Origin: an uncultured bacterium | GTDB lineage: Bacteria > Krumholzibacteriota > Krumholzibacteriia > JACNKJ01 | Assembly: GCA_963695095.1 (NCBI GenBank) | Contig: CAVOFT010000001.1 | Span: 1,728,001-1,792,000, forward strand | Length of the DNA: 64,000 bases | Direction of reading: 5' to 3' | Part shown: positions 63,597-64,000 of the stretch, piece after piece | Layout of the letters: every line of letters begins with the position of its first letter | Numbering within the stretch: the first letter of the stretch is position 1 | Position numbers and translations under genes: made by a program | The notes under the pieces: generated by a model | The model's input: the letters and a program-made list of their open reading frames with translations, nothing else | Told to the model about the DNA's origin: nothing | The model's database searches: none

Positions 63597-64000
63597 ATGA
63601 AGCCCGCCGTCTACCGCCGCGTTCGCACCTGGCCGAACGCGCTCAGCGCCTTCCGTCTGGCGCTGGCGCTCTCGGCGGCGCTGCTCTTCGTGGTCTTCGG
63701 CCTCGTGCTGGCGCCGATCCTCCTGTCCGTGGTGGCCAGCCTGCTCGATGTCGTCGACGGCTGGCTGGCTCGGCGTCTGCGGCAGATCTCCCGCCTGGGC
63801 GAGCACTTGGATCCCCTCGCCGACAAGGTCCTGATCACGGTGGTCTTCGGCGCCCTCGCGCTCTTCTTGCAGGAGCTCTGGGTGACCATCCTGGTCTGCC
63901 TGCTGCTCCTGCGCGAGTGGGGGATCACCTGGTTGCGCGAGGTCGTGCAGCGCCGGCGGAACCTCACCCTGCCGGCCGGACGGATCGGCAAGTGGAAGAT
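63597..64000 (+). CDS. pgsA: CDP-alcohol phosphatidyltransferase (PgsA-like), 3'-truncated
   Basis: Not in the ORF track because it runs off the end. ATG 63597; PNALSAFR, DVVDGWLARR...SRLGEHLDPLADK, LLLREW, GKWK. Confidence 0.85.
   Translation, partial: MKPAVYRRVRTWPNALSAFRLALALSAALLFVVFGLVLAPILLSVVASLLDVVDGWLARRLRQISRLGEHLDPLADKVLITVVFGALALFLQELWVTILVCLLLLREWGITWLREVVQRRRNLTLPAGRIGKWK

Overview
Very GC-rich bacterial chromosomal segment, probably from a metagenome-assembled genome. A secreted gingipain-like protein with a 'PNPFNP...GIYF..KMVLLK' tail suggests, by inference, an FCB-group lineage outside Bacteroidota such as Krumholzibacteriota, Latescibacterota or Eisenbacteria. There are about 57 CDS; I found no rRNA, tRNA, CRISPR array or mobile element. 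Main blocks: an archaeal-type (class II) GAPDH-like gene; a split system II cytochrome c biogenesis pair coupled to moaD-moaE-pepA; two GT4 glycosyltransferases; acpS plus an NYN RNase; a transglutaminase-like protein; xth; a sulfur-respiration operon (two-Cys ArsR, psrABC, two YeeE/YedE genes, one carrying a rhodanese-like domain and a C-terminal GGGC, then mobA); a UvrD helicase with an inserted DEDDh exonuclease; a complex I operon nuoA-C-E-F-H-J-K-L-M-N cleanly lacking nuoB, D, G and I; a SpoIVB-type peptidase plus beta-propeller pair; dgcN/dgcA-like genes; a ParA fused to an AMPK-type glycogen-binding CBM48 with two partner genes; tldD/tldE; a C25 peptidase with FG-GAP repeats; a 5'-nucleotidase; and a partial pgsA. 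The most intriguing items are the ParA-CBM48 cluster (candidate glycogen-granule positioning system), the incomplete complex I operon, the YeeE-rhodanese-GGGC sulfur-carrier arm, and a relay of two 8-codon mini-ORFs upstream of the NYN RNase. Many frameshifts look like consensus artefacts in which both alleles of a third-position SNP were kept, not pseudogenisation. All family assignments come from motif recognition by eye; no database searches were run.
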